Below, one piece after another: positions 33,016 through 42,657 of a stretch of DNA of 64,000 nt. The stretch comes from Chloroflexota bacterium. Lineage in GTDB: Bacteria > Chloroflexota > UBA11872 > VXOZ01. The stretch is from the NCBI GenBank assembly GCA_963663275.1, contig OY760183.1, forward strand, positions 1,344,001 through 1,408,000, given 5' to 3'. Below the pieces are notes generated by a model, which was given only the letters and a program-made list of their open reading frames with translations, had not been told where the DNA came from and searched no databases. The first letter of the stretch is position 1; the number at the start of each line of letters is the position of its first letter. The translations under genes and the position numbers were made by a program.

Positions 33016-34961
33016 TACGCACACCGCTCCAGGCCGCTGGCCTCGACCCATATGTCGGGTAGTTCAGCCAGCACGCAGCCGTTAAACACGTTCCGATCGT
33101 ACTCTTCATTCATGAGGCGGACATACTCCAGTTGCTTGAGTTTGCCCAACTCGGGTGGTAAGGACCCTACAAGCAGATTGTTGGAGAGAGACAGGTGTGT
33201 CAGGTTAGTTAGGTTGCCGATTTCGAGAGGTATTCTGCCTGCCAACCTGTTACCGGAGAGGTCTAGCCACTCGAGATGCCTAAGTTCGCCTAATTCTGGT
33301 GGGATGGCACCTTCAAGTCCAGCGCTCCAGGAAAGGGAAGAGAGCGAGAGGCTGCGAAGGTTTACGAGCCTTCCTAGCTCAAGCGGAATTTCGCCTGAAA
33401 TGTGCTCGGTGTTGATACTAAGTAGCTCGAGTGCGGTTAAGTCACCCAGTTCCGGCGGCACAACTCCATTCAGGCGAGGCGCACTATGCCCGGCAAGGAC
33501 CAGCCTTCGCACACGAAGTGGCGAGCCCTCGACCCAGATTCCTTCCCAGGATGTAATGGGAGTATTGGCGCTCCAATTGAGGATGGCTTCTCCCGCCAGC
33601 TTTTCCCGTATCGCGAGAAGCGTCCGGCAGTCTTGCACGAGGCCGGCGTTCTCGGCTGGGTTTGGTACAACAAAGCCTTTGTCGCAGGCTGCGATGTCAT
33701 TGGATGTATCGCGCCAATCGGTGCTGGCGGCCACGATGTATTTGTACGTTCCCTCGACCAGAACTCTCTTGTCTGTCCCGTCGCGGGCCACGGAATAAAG
33801 CTGAGGAGGCACATCAGGGCCGTCGTGGGGCGAATAGATGGCGACGCGGGTGCCATCGGGAGACCACGCCACAACTATCCCAAGGTGGCCATGAGGCTCA
33901 ACACCAAGGTCAATCGTGCGCAGACTACCACCGTCCGGTCTAGAGAAGTAAAGCACTCTCTCTGATACAGTGAGAATCTCCGATGAATCCGGCGCCCACA
34001 AGACTTGGGATATGTTCCAATCAGGCTCTTGCGGTTCCAGCACCTGCAGCAGGTCTGTTGCATCAGGACGCACCGTGTAGACGCCGGCAGGCTTACCCTC
34101 TTCATCAGCCATCACAAAGGCAAGACGTCCGCCGTCCGGCGACCACGAGGGCAAGATCGGCACTAGGTTGCCTTCCAAGTCAGGTTGCAGACCCGCTACC
34201 TCTGCGACCCGAGTTAACTTTGTCTCACTGAGGTGCACCGTGTACAAGATATGCCGATACGGTGGATAGTTCCCTTCATTCACCAGGAATGCCAAGTGGT
34301 TACCGTCTGGCGACCACATCGGTGGCTCTAGAACCACTCTGCCGTACACTCTTCTTTCGCTAACGCTCGCAGGCTTAGCACTAAATGACACGTTCTGGAT
34401 ATCCGACCCGTCCGCTGCCATCGTAAAGAGTTCGTTGGTGTGGTCGCTTTCTCCTCGAGGGTTTGCTATGTAGGCGATACGCCTGCCGTCGGGTGACCAC
34501 ACGGGAAAGCTGTCAAGGTGTCGGTTCGTCGTTAGTCGCTGGCGCCCACTGCCATCTAAGTTGATGACGGCGATCTCGTAATGATAGTCGCCTCGTTGCG
34601 CAAGCAACGTGTCGCTCGTGTGGAACTCGCAGGTGGCATAGACGATGCGTGTACCGTCCGGAGAAATGTCGGCGTGGAAACCGTAGCCTAGCGAATAGTC
34701 CGGGTTCACATTAACTAGCGCTTGCAACTGAGCACCGGCAGCGTCTACGACCCAAATGGTCCTGGCGTGGGGGAAAATGAGCCGAGAACCGTCCGGGGTC
34801 CACTCAAGTACATGTCTTTCCAAATGGGGGCGAGGGCCATTCCACGTTATCGGCCCACATGGGTAAGCCTCTCCATGGCCAAGATCTGACTGCCGTGCGC
34901 AACTGGCAATACTCATGGACAATGCCAGCATCCCAAACGTCGCCAAGAATAAGCGTCGCAT
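33015..34961 (-). CDS. Lipoprotein with TolB-like (PD40) beta-propeller fused to an LRR domain
   Basis: IASC lipobox; repeated WSPDG; C-terminal cap VPNPAENAGLVQDC and LRRs; ATG 34961. Confidence 0.88.
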   Translation of the reverse strand: MRRLFLATFGMLALSMSIASCARQSDLGHGEAYPCGPITWNGPRPHLERHVLEWTPDGSRLIFPHARTIWVVDAAGAQLQALVNVNPDYSLGYGFHADISPDGTRIVYATCEFHTSDTLLAQRGDYHYEIAVINLDGSGRQRLTTNRHLDSFPVWSPDGRRIAYIANPRGESDHTNELFTMAADGSDIQNVSFSAKPASVSERRVYGRVVLEPPMWSPDGNHLAFLVNEGNYPPYRHILYTVHLSETKLTRVAEVAGLQPDLEGNLVPILPSWSPDGGRLAFVMADEEGKPAGVYTVRPDATDLLQVLEPQEPDWNISQVLWAPDSSEILTVSERVLYFSRPDGGSLRTIDLGVEPHGHLGIVVAWSPDGTRVAIYSPHDGPDVPPQLYSVARDGTDKRVLVEGTYKYIVAASTDWRDTSNDIAACDKGFVVPNPAENAGLVQDCRTLLAIREKLAGEAILNWSANTPITSWEGIWVEGSPLRVRRLVLAGHSAPRLNGVVPPELGDLTALELLSINTEHISGEIPLELGRLVNLRSLSLSSLSWSAGLEGAIPPELGELRHLEWLDLSGNRLAGRIPLEIGNLTNLTHLSLSNNLLVGSLPPELGKLKQLEYVRLMNEEYDRNVFNGCVLAELPDIWVEASGLERCA

Positions 34962-34977
34962 GCTCACAGTCCTTTGC

Positions 34978-35082
34978 TCAAGGTAGTGTCTGATAGAGCG
35001 CATATATCGCCATGATGTCAAGCGAATTGGGTAAACAGTTCGGGTCATATGGCAAGCTACTTTGTGGCATTTCACGGCACAT
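34978..35082 (-). pseudogene. 34-aa relic of a metalloprotease C-terminus
   Basis: MCREMPQSSLPYDPNCLPNSLDIMAIYALYQTLP*; matches the end of 36734-37126; ATG overlaps the upstream TAA. Confidence 0.7.
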
Positions 35083-36728
35083 TACGGTGTCTCCTCCGGC
35101 GGGTTCGCTGCCACGAGGTTCCCATCGGTATCCAGCCGTATCAGGTCGCGGCGGTCTGTGCCGTCACGCATGACCGTGTAGAGTTGGAACTGTATGTGTT
35201 TGTCGATATTCCAGGTATCCCGCTCCCAGATGTAGAGCGCGATGCGTTCCCCGTCCGGCGACCACGCTGCAAGCACCTCGGCAGGGTGGCGGGCCCCTGA
35301 TGCGCGAACCACGTGATTGGCTACAGTGGTTAGCAGGTCTATCGTGTACAAGCCATCGCCGTCAGCCTGAATCAGAAAGACGTGATTTGACGTATTGTCA
35401 ATGACGAGTAGCTCCGGTTTACTTGGCGACCACGAGATTCGTGGGAGATCCCATAATTCCCATGGCTGTGCCAACTGCGCGTGCCCCAGTACTGTGCCAT
35501 CAGCCCGGGCGATATAGACGGAACTGACAGTGTCTTGCTCATCCTTAGACATCCACGCCACCATAGCCATATACTCCCCGCTTGGAGACCACAAGACATG
35601 GGAGACATTGCCCGGGACCTCCAGTTGCTCTAGTGTTTCCGATCCATCGGGACGAGTAGTATAGACCGTAGACATGGCACCGGACTCACCTTCCACAGTA
35701 ACTGTCGCAAAGGCGAGCCACTCTCCATCAGGCGACCAAGAAGGTGCAGGGGGAGGTCGTCTTTCCATTGGGGACCTTGGCAATGATGTAAGCATTCCAA
35801 TTTGCGTTCGTTCACCCGAGCCGTCGGCGCGAACTGTGTTGAGGACGTATTCATGACTCCCTCGCCCAACATAAGCCAAGTATTCTCCGTTCGGCGACCA
35901 AAGGGGCGGAGCAAAGGCGACTTCGGGGTTTGTTGCAGCCAGCTTCAGAAGCTGCGCGTCAGTGCCGTCCAGCACCATGGCATAGAGAGCCATGGTGCCT
36001 GAAAAGACAGAAATGTCTTCACTCTTGAAGTTGGTGATGAATGCGATGCGGTTGCCGTCGGGGGAATATACCGGATAGTGGTCAAGGAATCCATTATCGG
36101 TAATGCGTTCTTGATCCGTGCCGTCCAGATTGATGACGGCAATCTCGTAGTTGAAGTGTGCCAAATGCGGAGCTGTTTTGGCGATGTGCGGGGTCTCCGT
36201 CATGGGGTACTCGCACGAAGTATAGACAATGCGGGAGCCGTCTGGCGACAGACCAGCATGAAAGCCAAATGGCAACAAGCCATCATTAGGTACAGGGTCA
36301 ACCAGCATGTGCAAATTCGAGCCATCGGCATCCACCATCCAAATCGAATAGGGACTATAGGTAGATTTGTGCTCTCGTGTGCCCAACGTACTTCCACTGG
36401 GGGAACTGAATAAGATGCGAGCACCGTCCCACGTCCATTGCAGGAAGTCTCGAGCTCCGTTGTCCAACCACTCTTTGTCTGTGAAACTACCGCACGGGTA
36501 AACTGGGTATTCGTGCCCAGAGTTCACATAATCCATAGACGTACTTTCTTCCTTCTTAGCGTCTTTTCTTTCCGCAGCGGTAATTTCCACTTCGCGGGCT
36601 TCACCCACCGTAGGAGGCCCTTCCTCCGAGAAGGTCGCACAGCCCGTAAAGCCCAAGACGAGCACAAGCAGCAAGAGCCCCAAGGGCACTTGCTGGGACC
36701 TCAAGTCTAGGCAAATCCTGTATCTCAC
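35082..36728 (-). CDS. TolB-like beta-propeller lipoprotein
   Basis: FTGC lipobox; repeated WSPxG; C-terminus RRDLIRLDTDGNLVAANPPEETP. Confidence 0.88.
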   Translation of the reverse strand: MRYRICLDLRSQQVPLGLLLLVLVLGFTGCATFSEEGPPTVGEAREVEITAAERKDAKKEESTSMDYVNSGHEYPVYPCGSFTDKEWLDNGARDFLQWTWDGARILFSSPSGSTLGTREHKSTYSPYSIWMVDADGSNLHMLVDPVPNDGLLPFGFHAGLSPDGSRIVYTSCEYPMTETPHIAKTAPHLAHFNYEIAVINLDGTDQERITDNGFLDHYPVYSPDGNRIAFITNFKSEDISVFSGTMALYAMVLDGTDAQLLKLAATNPEVAFAPPLWSPNGEYLAYVGRGSHEYVLNTVRADGSGERTQIGMLTSLPRSPMERRPPPAPSWSPDGEWLAFATVTVEGESGAMSTVYTTRPDGSETLEQLEVPGNVSHVLWSPSGEYMAMVAWMSKDEQDTVSSVYIARADGTVLGHAQLAQPWELWDLPRISWSPSKPELLVIDNTSNHVFLIQADGDGLYTIDLLTTVANHVVRASGARHPAEVLAAWSPDGERIALYIWERDTWNIDKHIQFQLYTVMRDGTDRRDLIRLDTDGNLVAANPPEETP

Positions 36729-36733
36729 ATTCT

Positions 36734-37126
36734 TTACCTATACGTTTGATAGATTGCGTAAATTGCCATGATGTCAAACGGATGCGGCGAACAGTCTGGT
36801 TCAGAGAAAGACGGATCCATGTATCTCTCTCGAATCTTCCAGTCATAATTCATGACCGAATCTGCGATGTTGGGGTGACCATCAGTATAGTCTGGCACAT
36901 TGGGATCTCTGTCGGCGGCAGATGTAATTCCCAAGACATGCCCCGCTTCATGTATTAGCGTTGCATATGCATGTGCACTCTGACTCGGGTCTGGACACGA
37001 GTTGAAGACAACGTCACCTCTGTCAGGCCAGTCAGCATGGCCGCTGTCTCCACCGGGGACTCCTAGGGAATCATTCCTAGAGTGTAGGTGGTCAAGCACA
37101 CTGACTGTGCTTACTCCATGGCTCAT
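36734..37126 (-). pseudogene. C-terminal fragment of a metzincin-like zinc metalloprotease
   Basis: IHEAGHVLGI, a distal His (DGHP), Met-turn SVMNY and terminal helix DIMAIYAIYQ; no signal peptide; ATG overlaps the upstream TGA. Confidence 0.75.
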
Positions 37127-38472
37127 CACTGGGTCTCCTGGGGCGGGTTCGCTGGCGCCAGGTTGCCGTCGGCGTCCAAGCGAATCAGGTCGCGGCGGTC
37201 GCTTCCGTCTGGGGCCACCGTGTACAGTTGTGGGCGATCAAGACCCGATGTATAGATTGCGACACGCGTGCCGTCGGGTGACCATATCGCAGCGTGGGGC
37301 GCCAGCAAGACTGAGATACTATCTTCGATCAACCCGGTAACCTCCCCACTCTCCAAGCCGATGATGCACGCTCCATTCTCACAGGAGTAGAGTATCTGCA
37401 TCCCGTCCGGCGACCACGAAACAATGGGTATCGTGTCATTGTAGGTTGGGTCCCAGCGAAGAGCTTCCCGATCAAAGATGGTTGTGATGAGTTGCGGATT
37501 GGAACCGTCCGGCGCCAGGGTAAAGATCCCTACGTCATCGCCGGCAATCTTCGCCACTGCCAGCCGTGCTCCATCCGGCGACCATGCGGGCACGCTCACC
37601 ACTTCGTCCGCAAGCAGCGTCATCTCCGTGCCGTCGGTCCTCACCGCGTACAAGTCCCTCAAGCCATGAGTAAAATCGCTCGTGTTCATCTGGAAGAGCA
37701 AGCGCTCTCCATCGGGGGACCAGACCGGCGGCGCCAGGGTCAGCCCATACCGGCCGGGCGGCGCCACGCGCTGCACGTTCGACCCGTCCGCCGACATTGT
37801 AAAGAGCGTCATTCCCTCTGGCGCCTCATGAGGCTGCCACGCGTAAGAGGGAGCGGCGAGGAAGGCGATGCGTCTGCCATCCGGCGACCAGACGGCGTAG
37901 TGGTGGGGATGTGCCCTTTTGGTGAGCCTCCGTGACTCTGGGCCTTCAATTGGCACGACCGCTATCTGATAGTTGTAATCGCTCCGTTCTCCGTCTTCTT
38001 GATACAATCGGGAGAACTCGCAACTTGCATAGACAAGCTGTGTTCCGTCTGGCGATATATCTGCGTGTTGACCGTACTGGGAAGCGTGACCGGGATTCGC
38101 GTCGACCAGCATCTTCAATCGGCTGCCCGATGCGTCGACTACCCAGATGCCAGTGAGGTCCGTATAGTCCCGCCACCGGATCTCGCCTGCTGGCAGGTAG
38201 TTGAAAACCAAATGGGTGCCGTCCGGCGTCCAAGTGAGAACTAGCCTGTAAATTGCCATGAGACGAAACATGAACCCCAACGGACCGCAAATGGAGTGCA
38301 CGTCGTCGACTACCCATCCTCCTGGGGTGGGCGTGGGCGCCACCGTTGGCGTGCCACTTGCTTGAAACACCGTTGCCGGCCGGACACCGGCTTGCTGCTG
38401 CTGGCAACCCATAAGCGCGAGAGCTGCCACCGCCACGAGCCCAAATATGGTCAGCCACGATCGTGCTGTCAT
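37126..38472 (-). CDS. TolB-like beta-propeller lipoprotein
   Basis: LMGC lipobox; repeated WSPDG; C-terminus RRDLIRLDADGNLAPANPPQETQ; RBS aggag. Confidence 0.88.
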   Translation of the reverse strand: MTARSWLTIFGLVAVAALALMGCQQQQAGVRPATVFQASGTPTVAPTPTPGGWVVDDVHSICGPLGFMFRLMAIYRLVLTWTPDGTHLVFNYLPAGEIRWRDYTDLTGIWVVDASGSRLKMLVDANPGHASQYGQHADISPDGTQLVYASCEFSRLYQEDGERSDYNYQIAVVPIEGPESRRLTKRAHPHHYAVWSPDGRRIAFLAAPSYAWQPHEAPEGMTLFTMSADGSNVQRVAPPGRYGLTLAPPVWSPDGERLLFQMNTSDFTHGLRDLYAVRTDGTEMTLLADEVVSVPAWSPDGARLAVAKIAGDDVGIFTLAPDGSNPQLITTIFDREALRWDPTYNDTIPIVSWSPDGMQILYSCENGACIIGLESGEVTGLIEDSISVLLAPHAAIWSPDGTRVAIYTSGLDRPQLYTVAPDGSDRRDLIRLDADGNLAPANPPQETQ

Positions 38473-38488
38473 TGCACGTCACTCCTAT

Positions 38489-38539
38489 CTGATAGAGCGC
38501 ACAAATCGCCTTGATGTCGAGCGGATGGGATGAACAGTC
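38489..38539 (-). pseudogene. ~50-bp relic of the same metalloprotease C-terminus
   Basis: Translates as DCSSHPLDIKAICALYQ; nucleotide similarity to ~34990-35040 and ~36746-36796. Confidence 0.65.
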
Positions 38540-38919
38540 CCGTTACCGATACAGCACTGTCGCTGGTCCCCGCACCTTAGACTCCTGTTCTTGAAGTTCT
38601 TTAGAGTATCCGCAATGGTCGGATGATGTTTCACTACTGCGGTTCCGCTGCCAGTTCCGTCCGACCGCCGGACGCCGCGCGCGCCGCGCCGCTGCGTGCA
38701 CGCCTATGGCATTCAGCCAAGACGACTCACGACGGCTGGCCCATTGTCCATGAATTGACAGTTAGATGTATGAAGTTTGCTACACTTAAGCTTTCGTGGC
38801 AAGCGGTCAGGCAGGCGCGGCGCTCTATTCCACTGCGGTCGCGGCGCGGGTATAATGGGAGCAGCAACGACGCGGCGCGGCCGGCACGCGGCCGGAAAGG
38901 CGCCGCCACCTAAATCTGA

Positions 38920-38979
38920 ACAGTGCGAAACGAAAATCACGACAGTACGAAACGAGAGTCACGACAATGCGAAACGAGG
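38920..38979 (+). repeat. 22-bp direct repeat x2.7 in a 5' leader
   Basis: acagtgcgaaacgaaaatcacg, acagtacgaaacgagagtcacg, acaatgcgaaacgagg; TATAAT upstream at 38851. Confidence 0.7.
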
Positions 38980-38988
38980 CAAGCGCGC

Positions 38989-39831
38989 ATGGCTGAAGCA
39001 GGCACGACTCTCCACCGCGGGCCGTATCTCACGCTTTCCACCGGCTCGCTCTATACGTATGGCCTGGCGCGGACGTTCGAGCTGATGCAGGGTTCCGGGT
39101 TCGACGGCGTGGAGATCATCGTGGACAACCGCTGGGATACGCGCCAGGCGGACTACATCAATGCGCTCACTGCCCAGTGGGGCATCCCGGTGCACAGCGT
39201 TCACGCGCCGTTTCGCACCATATCGGAGATGGGCGCGGACTACCCCGGCACCCTGAAAGCCACGATCGCGTTGGCGGAGGCGGTCGGCGCGCGCGCGGTG
39301 GTGATCCACCCGATCGCGTTTGGCGAAGGCGACCTGGCGCCGTGGCTGCGGGAGAACCTGGACACGTGGCAGGCGCGCACGCCCGTGCTGCTCACGGTGG
39401 AAAACCTGCCCCGGCGGTTGGTAAAGCGCCTGGGCCTCATCCAGCGGGACCAGCACGAATTCTGGCAGCCGGACTCCATGCGGCCTTTCGCGGCGCTGAC
39501 GATGGACACCACGCACTTCGGCGTCTCGCGCATTGACATTCTGAAGGCCTGGCGCCAACTGCGCGAAACCGTGCGGCACATCCACCTGTCGGACGAGTAC
39601 AACGGCCGCGAACACCTCTTCCCCGGCGAGGGCACGCTGCCGCTGGCGGATTTTTTGGGTGAACTGCGCCGCGACGCTTTTGGCGGCACGATTGTGGTGG
39701 AACTGCACCCCTATGCGCTCCACGCGGGCCGCTCGGATGAGAAGGTGCGCGACCGCATCCACCAGGCCGCCGCCTTCTGCCGCCGGCACCTGGCGCTGGA
39801 AAGCCCCAGCCCGGCGACGGCCGGCCGCTAA
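38989..39831 (+). CDS. Sugar phosphate isomerase/epimerase (AP endonuclease 2 TIM barrel)
   Basis: GFDGVEI, SVHAPF, VENLP, MDTTH, HIHLSD, EHLFPGEG and VVEL. Confidence 0.88.
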   Translation: MAEAGTTLHRGPYLTLSTGSLYTYGLARTFELMQGSGFDGVEIIVDNRWDTRQADYINALTAQWGIPVHSVHAPFRTISEMGADYPGTLKATIALAEAVGARAVVIHPIAFGEGDLAPWLRENLDTWQARTPVLLTVENLPRRLVKRLGLIQRDQHEFWQPDSMRPFAALTMDTTHFGVSRIDILKAWRQLRETVRHIHLSDEYNGREHLFPGEGTLPLADFLGELRRDAFGGTIVVELHPYALHAGRSDEKVRDRIHQAAAFCRRHLALESPSPATAGR

Positions 39832-39959
39832 CCGCCAGCGCGCGAAACACGGGGCCGCCAGCGCACACCGTTCTCAGCCGAATCTTCCCCCTCACCCTAA
39901 CCCTCTCCCCAGGGAGAGGGGACTGGAAACGCACCCTCACGCGCGGCGTCTTCTTCAAT

Positions 39960-40082
39960 ACCGCTGCCTCACACGGTCATCTCACATCTCACCCTCACAC
40001 CGCCGCCTCACACGGTCGTCTCACATCTCACCCTCACACCTAAGCCTCGCACCGCCGTCTTACACCATTCCCTCACACCGCC
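39960..40082. repeat. 39-bp CA-rich tandem repeat
   Basis: ccgc(t/c)gcctcacacggtc(a/g)tctcacatctcaccctcaca x2 plus a degenerate third unit. Confidence 0.7.
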
Positions 40083-41308
40083 ACCTTTTGCAATTGCCCC
40101 ACGTGGCGGCGTACTTTAGCGACGCCTTCCGCAATGTCGTCCATATCGGACGTTTCCGCCAGCAGGGTCGTATGGCCCATGGCGATGCCCTCGTGCCGGG
40201 TCAGCGTTTCCGCCTCCGGGCAATCCATTGCGCGGAACGGTCCCGCCCCGCCGGTCACCTCGCCGGTGTCCAGGTCCAGCATCGGGTTATCGTAGATCGG
40301 GCGCGGGTGGCCGCCGGAGACCGGCACGCCTTCCGCGTGGGCCGCATCCAGGAACGTCCGTTTATCCGTCCCGAACTCATCCGGCTTGATGCGGAACGTA
40401 TAGATATGCATCCCGTGTTGGGTCACCTCCGGCGGGATTGGCGGCGGCTCGATGCCGTCGATTTGTGCCAGCAGGCCGGAGAGGTAGCGCGCGTTGCGGT
40501 TGCGTTTCTTCGTCTGTTCGTCGAACCGTTCCAGTTGGCCCAGCAGAATCGCCGCCTGGAACTCGTTCATCGGATAGTGGCCGCCCAGTTCGTAGTGCAC
40601 GTAGCCTGGCTCGCCTTTCGCGCGGCCGAAGCTGGAGAGCGTATACAGCCAGCGTTCCGCCAGTTCCTCATTATCTGTCGTCAGCATCCCGCCCTCGCCG
40701 GTGCTCATGTTCTTGCCGCCGCCCAGGCTGAACGAACTGCCGTCGCCCATCCCGCCCAATTTGCGGCCTTTCCATTCCGCGCCGTGGGCGTGGGCCGCGT
40801 CCGTAATCAGCGCCAGGCCGTGTTTGCGCGCCATTTGCTCGAAGCGTTCCATATCCGCCGGGTAGCCGCCGTAGTGCACCGGGCTGATCGCGCGGGTGCG
40901 GGGCGTGATCGCCTCTTCCGTCCGGTCCGGATCCAGGCAGAGCGAGCCCGGGTCGATGTCCGCCATCACCGGCGTCGCGCCCAGGTACATCGGCGCGAAA
41001 GCCGTCGCGATGAACGTAAACGCCGGCACGATCACCTCATCCCCCGCGCCCACGCCGAATGCTTTCAGCCCGATTTCCAGGCCCGCCGTGCAGCTAGTCA
41101 GGCCGATGCCGAATCGCGCGTCGTGATAGGCCGCGAACCGTTCCTGCGCCGCCGTCTTCATCGGGCCGTGCGCCGTCCCGCCCCACACGCTGCTTTCCAG
41201 CACCGTGCGCACGTTATCCAGTTCCGTCTCGTCGAATTGCGGCCATTTCGGCCAGCGTTTCGTCCCGTCCCGCACCGGCGTACCCCCCAGCAGGGCCAGT
41301 CGTTCCAT
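40073..41308 (-). CDS. DegT/DnrJ/EryC1/StrS PLP aminotransferase
   Basis: GDEVIVPAFTFIAT, PVHYGG, DAAHAHG and SFSLGGGKNMSTGEGG. Confidence 0.92.
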   Translation of the reverse strand: MERLALLGGTPVRDGTKRWPKWPQFDETELDNVRTVLESSVWGGTAHGPMKTAAQERFAAYHDARFGIGLTSCTAGLEIGLKAFGVGAGDEVIVPAFTFIATAFAPMYLGATPVMADIDPGSLCLDPDRTEEAITPRTRAISPVHYGGYPADMERFEQMARKHGLALITDAAHAHGAEWKGRKLGGMGDGSSFSLGGGKNMSTGEGGMLTTDNEELAERWLYTLSSFGRAKGEPGYVHYELGGHYPMNEFQAAILLGQLERFDEQTKKRNRNARYLSGLLAQIDGIEPPPIPPEVTQHGMHIYTFRIKPDEFGTDKRTFLDAAHAEGVPVSGGHPRPIYDNPMLDLDTGEVTGGAGPFRAMDCPEAETLTRHEGIAMGHTTLLAETSDMDDIAEGVAKVRRHVGQLQKVAV

Positions 41309-41599
41309 GGCGTTCGCGATCCTTTCCTATTTAATTAACGCAATTGGGCGGCTACCGTATCCAACCGCCGTTCTCCGTCCCGCCGCCGTTACCCACGATT
41401 GTAGCATTGCGCGTGGCGGCGTGGTTGCCAACGCGCTGGCAGGGGCACGACACAATCGGAACGGGAACGGCACAACCGGTAGTGGGGGCACGACGTGTCG
41501 CGACCCTACCGCGATGCCGCCCCGGTGGACTCCCCATGTGGCGGGGATGCTACAATGTGGCTAGGCGGCAGGGCTCTATGTGGAAGCAGGAGGCGCGTC

Positions 41600-42520
41600 A
41601 TGGCCGAGTGGTTTGCCACCCCCGCGATCATTCTCGCGTTAGTGGCCATTCTTACCGTTCTCGTGGCCGTCATTCGCTGGACGAGCAGGGTTGATCATCA
41701 TATGGCCGTATTCGGAGAAGCGCTCAGCGAACTCAGGGAAGAAAACAAGAGTATCAGGCAAGAAATCAAGGAATTCAGAACGGAACACAAGCAAGACATC
41801 AAGGGCGTCAGGTCAGACATCAAGCAAGACATCGAGGGCGTCAGGTCAAACGTCGAGGAATTCAGGGCAGAACACAAACGAGACATCGAGCGTGTCAGGT
41901 CAGACGTCAAGCAAGACATCAAGGGATTCAGAGCGGAACACAAGCAAGACATCGCGGGAGTCAGGCAAGAAGTCGAGGAATTCAAGGCAGAGCACAGGCA
42001 AGACATCGCGGGAGTCAGGCAAGAAGTCGAGGAATTCAAGGCAGAGCACAGGCAAGACATCGCGGGAGTCAGGCAGGAAATCGAAGGGTCCAGAGCAGAG
42101 CACAGGCAAGACATCGCGGGGTTCAGAGTAGAACTCAAGCAAGACGCCCAGGGCCTCAGAGAGGAAGTCAGGCAAGACATCAGGGAAGTCAGGCAGGACC
42201 TCAAGACCGCGTTCTTGCGCCTTGGCATGGAGCCCGTGTCGGGCAGCAGCCCCTTGCGCCTCACCGAGTTTGGCGAGCGCATCGCCGCCGACTTTGGCGC
42301 AAAGGCCTGGGCCGCCGGCGTCGCGCCCCAACTGCGCGCCCAGGTGAAGGACTTCGAGCCCTTCGAGATCGACGAGTTCTGCAACCAGTACGTGCAGACC
42401 AAACTCTCGGAGCAGGAGCGCCGGCGGGTATCCCGCTGCGCCTACACCTTCGGCATCGAAGCCGAGGGCGTCCACAAAGTCCTGCGGGTCGTCCTGCGCG
42501 ACGCCCTGCTGGCAGGCTGA
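41600..42520 (+). CDS. Membrane-anchored coiled-coil repeat protein
   Basis: N-terminal TM; repeated (K/R)QDI units including 18-aa RQDIAGVRQEVEEFKAEH (54-bp repeats); globular C-terminus; RBS aggagg. Confidence 0.8.
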   Translation: MAEWFATPAIILALVAILTVLVAVIRWTSRVDHHMAVFGEALSELREENKSIRQEIKEFRTEHKQDIKGVRSDIKQDIEGVRSNVEEFRAEHKRDIERVRSDVKQDIKGFRAEHKQDIAGVRQEVEEFKAEHRQDIAGVRQEVEEFKAEHRQDIAGVRQEIEGSRAEHRQDIAGFRVELKQDAQGLREEVRQDIREVRQDLKTAFLRLGMEPVSGSSPLRLTEFGERIAADFGAKAWAAGVAPQLRAQVKDFEPFEIDEFCNQYVQTKLSEQERRRVSRCAYTFGIEAEGVHKVLRVVLRDALLAG

Positions 42521-42657
42521 GCCGCCCCCGGCGCGGGAACGACCCGGAACGGTCTGCCGCCTATCTGCTACAATAGGGGTGCATCAGGTACGCAAATGGG
42601 CCGTCAATCGGTCCTGTGTGGGGTCAATTTCGAGCATCCATGAGGAGGAGCGCGCAG

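Noticed and set aside
33015-38472. Tol-Pal system tolB genes
   Set aside because: No TolB N-terminal domain and no tolQRA or pal; these are lipoproteins with only PD40-like repeats.
41750-42200. Possible CRISPR or diversity-generating repeat
   Set aside because: In-frame coding repeats of a coiled coil; no spacer pattern, no adenine-specific variation and no reverse transcriptase.
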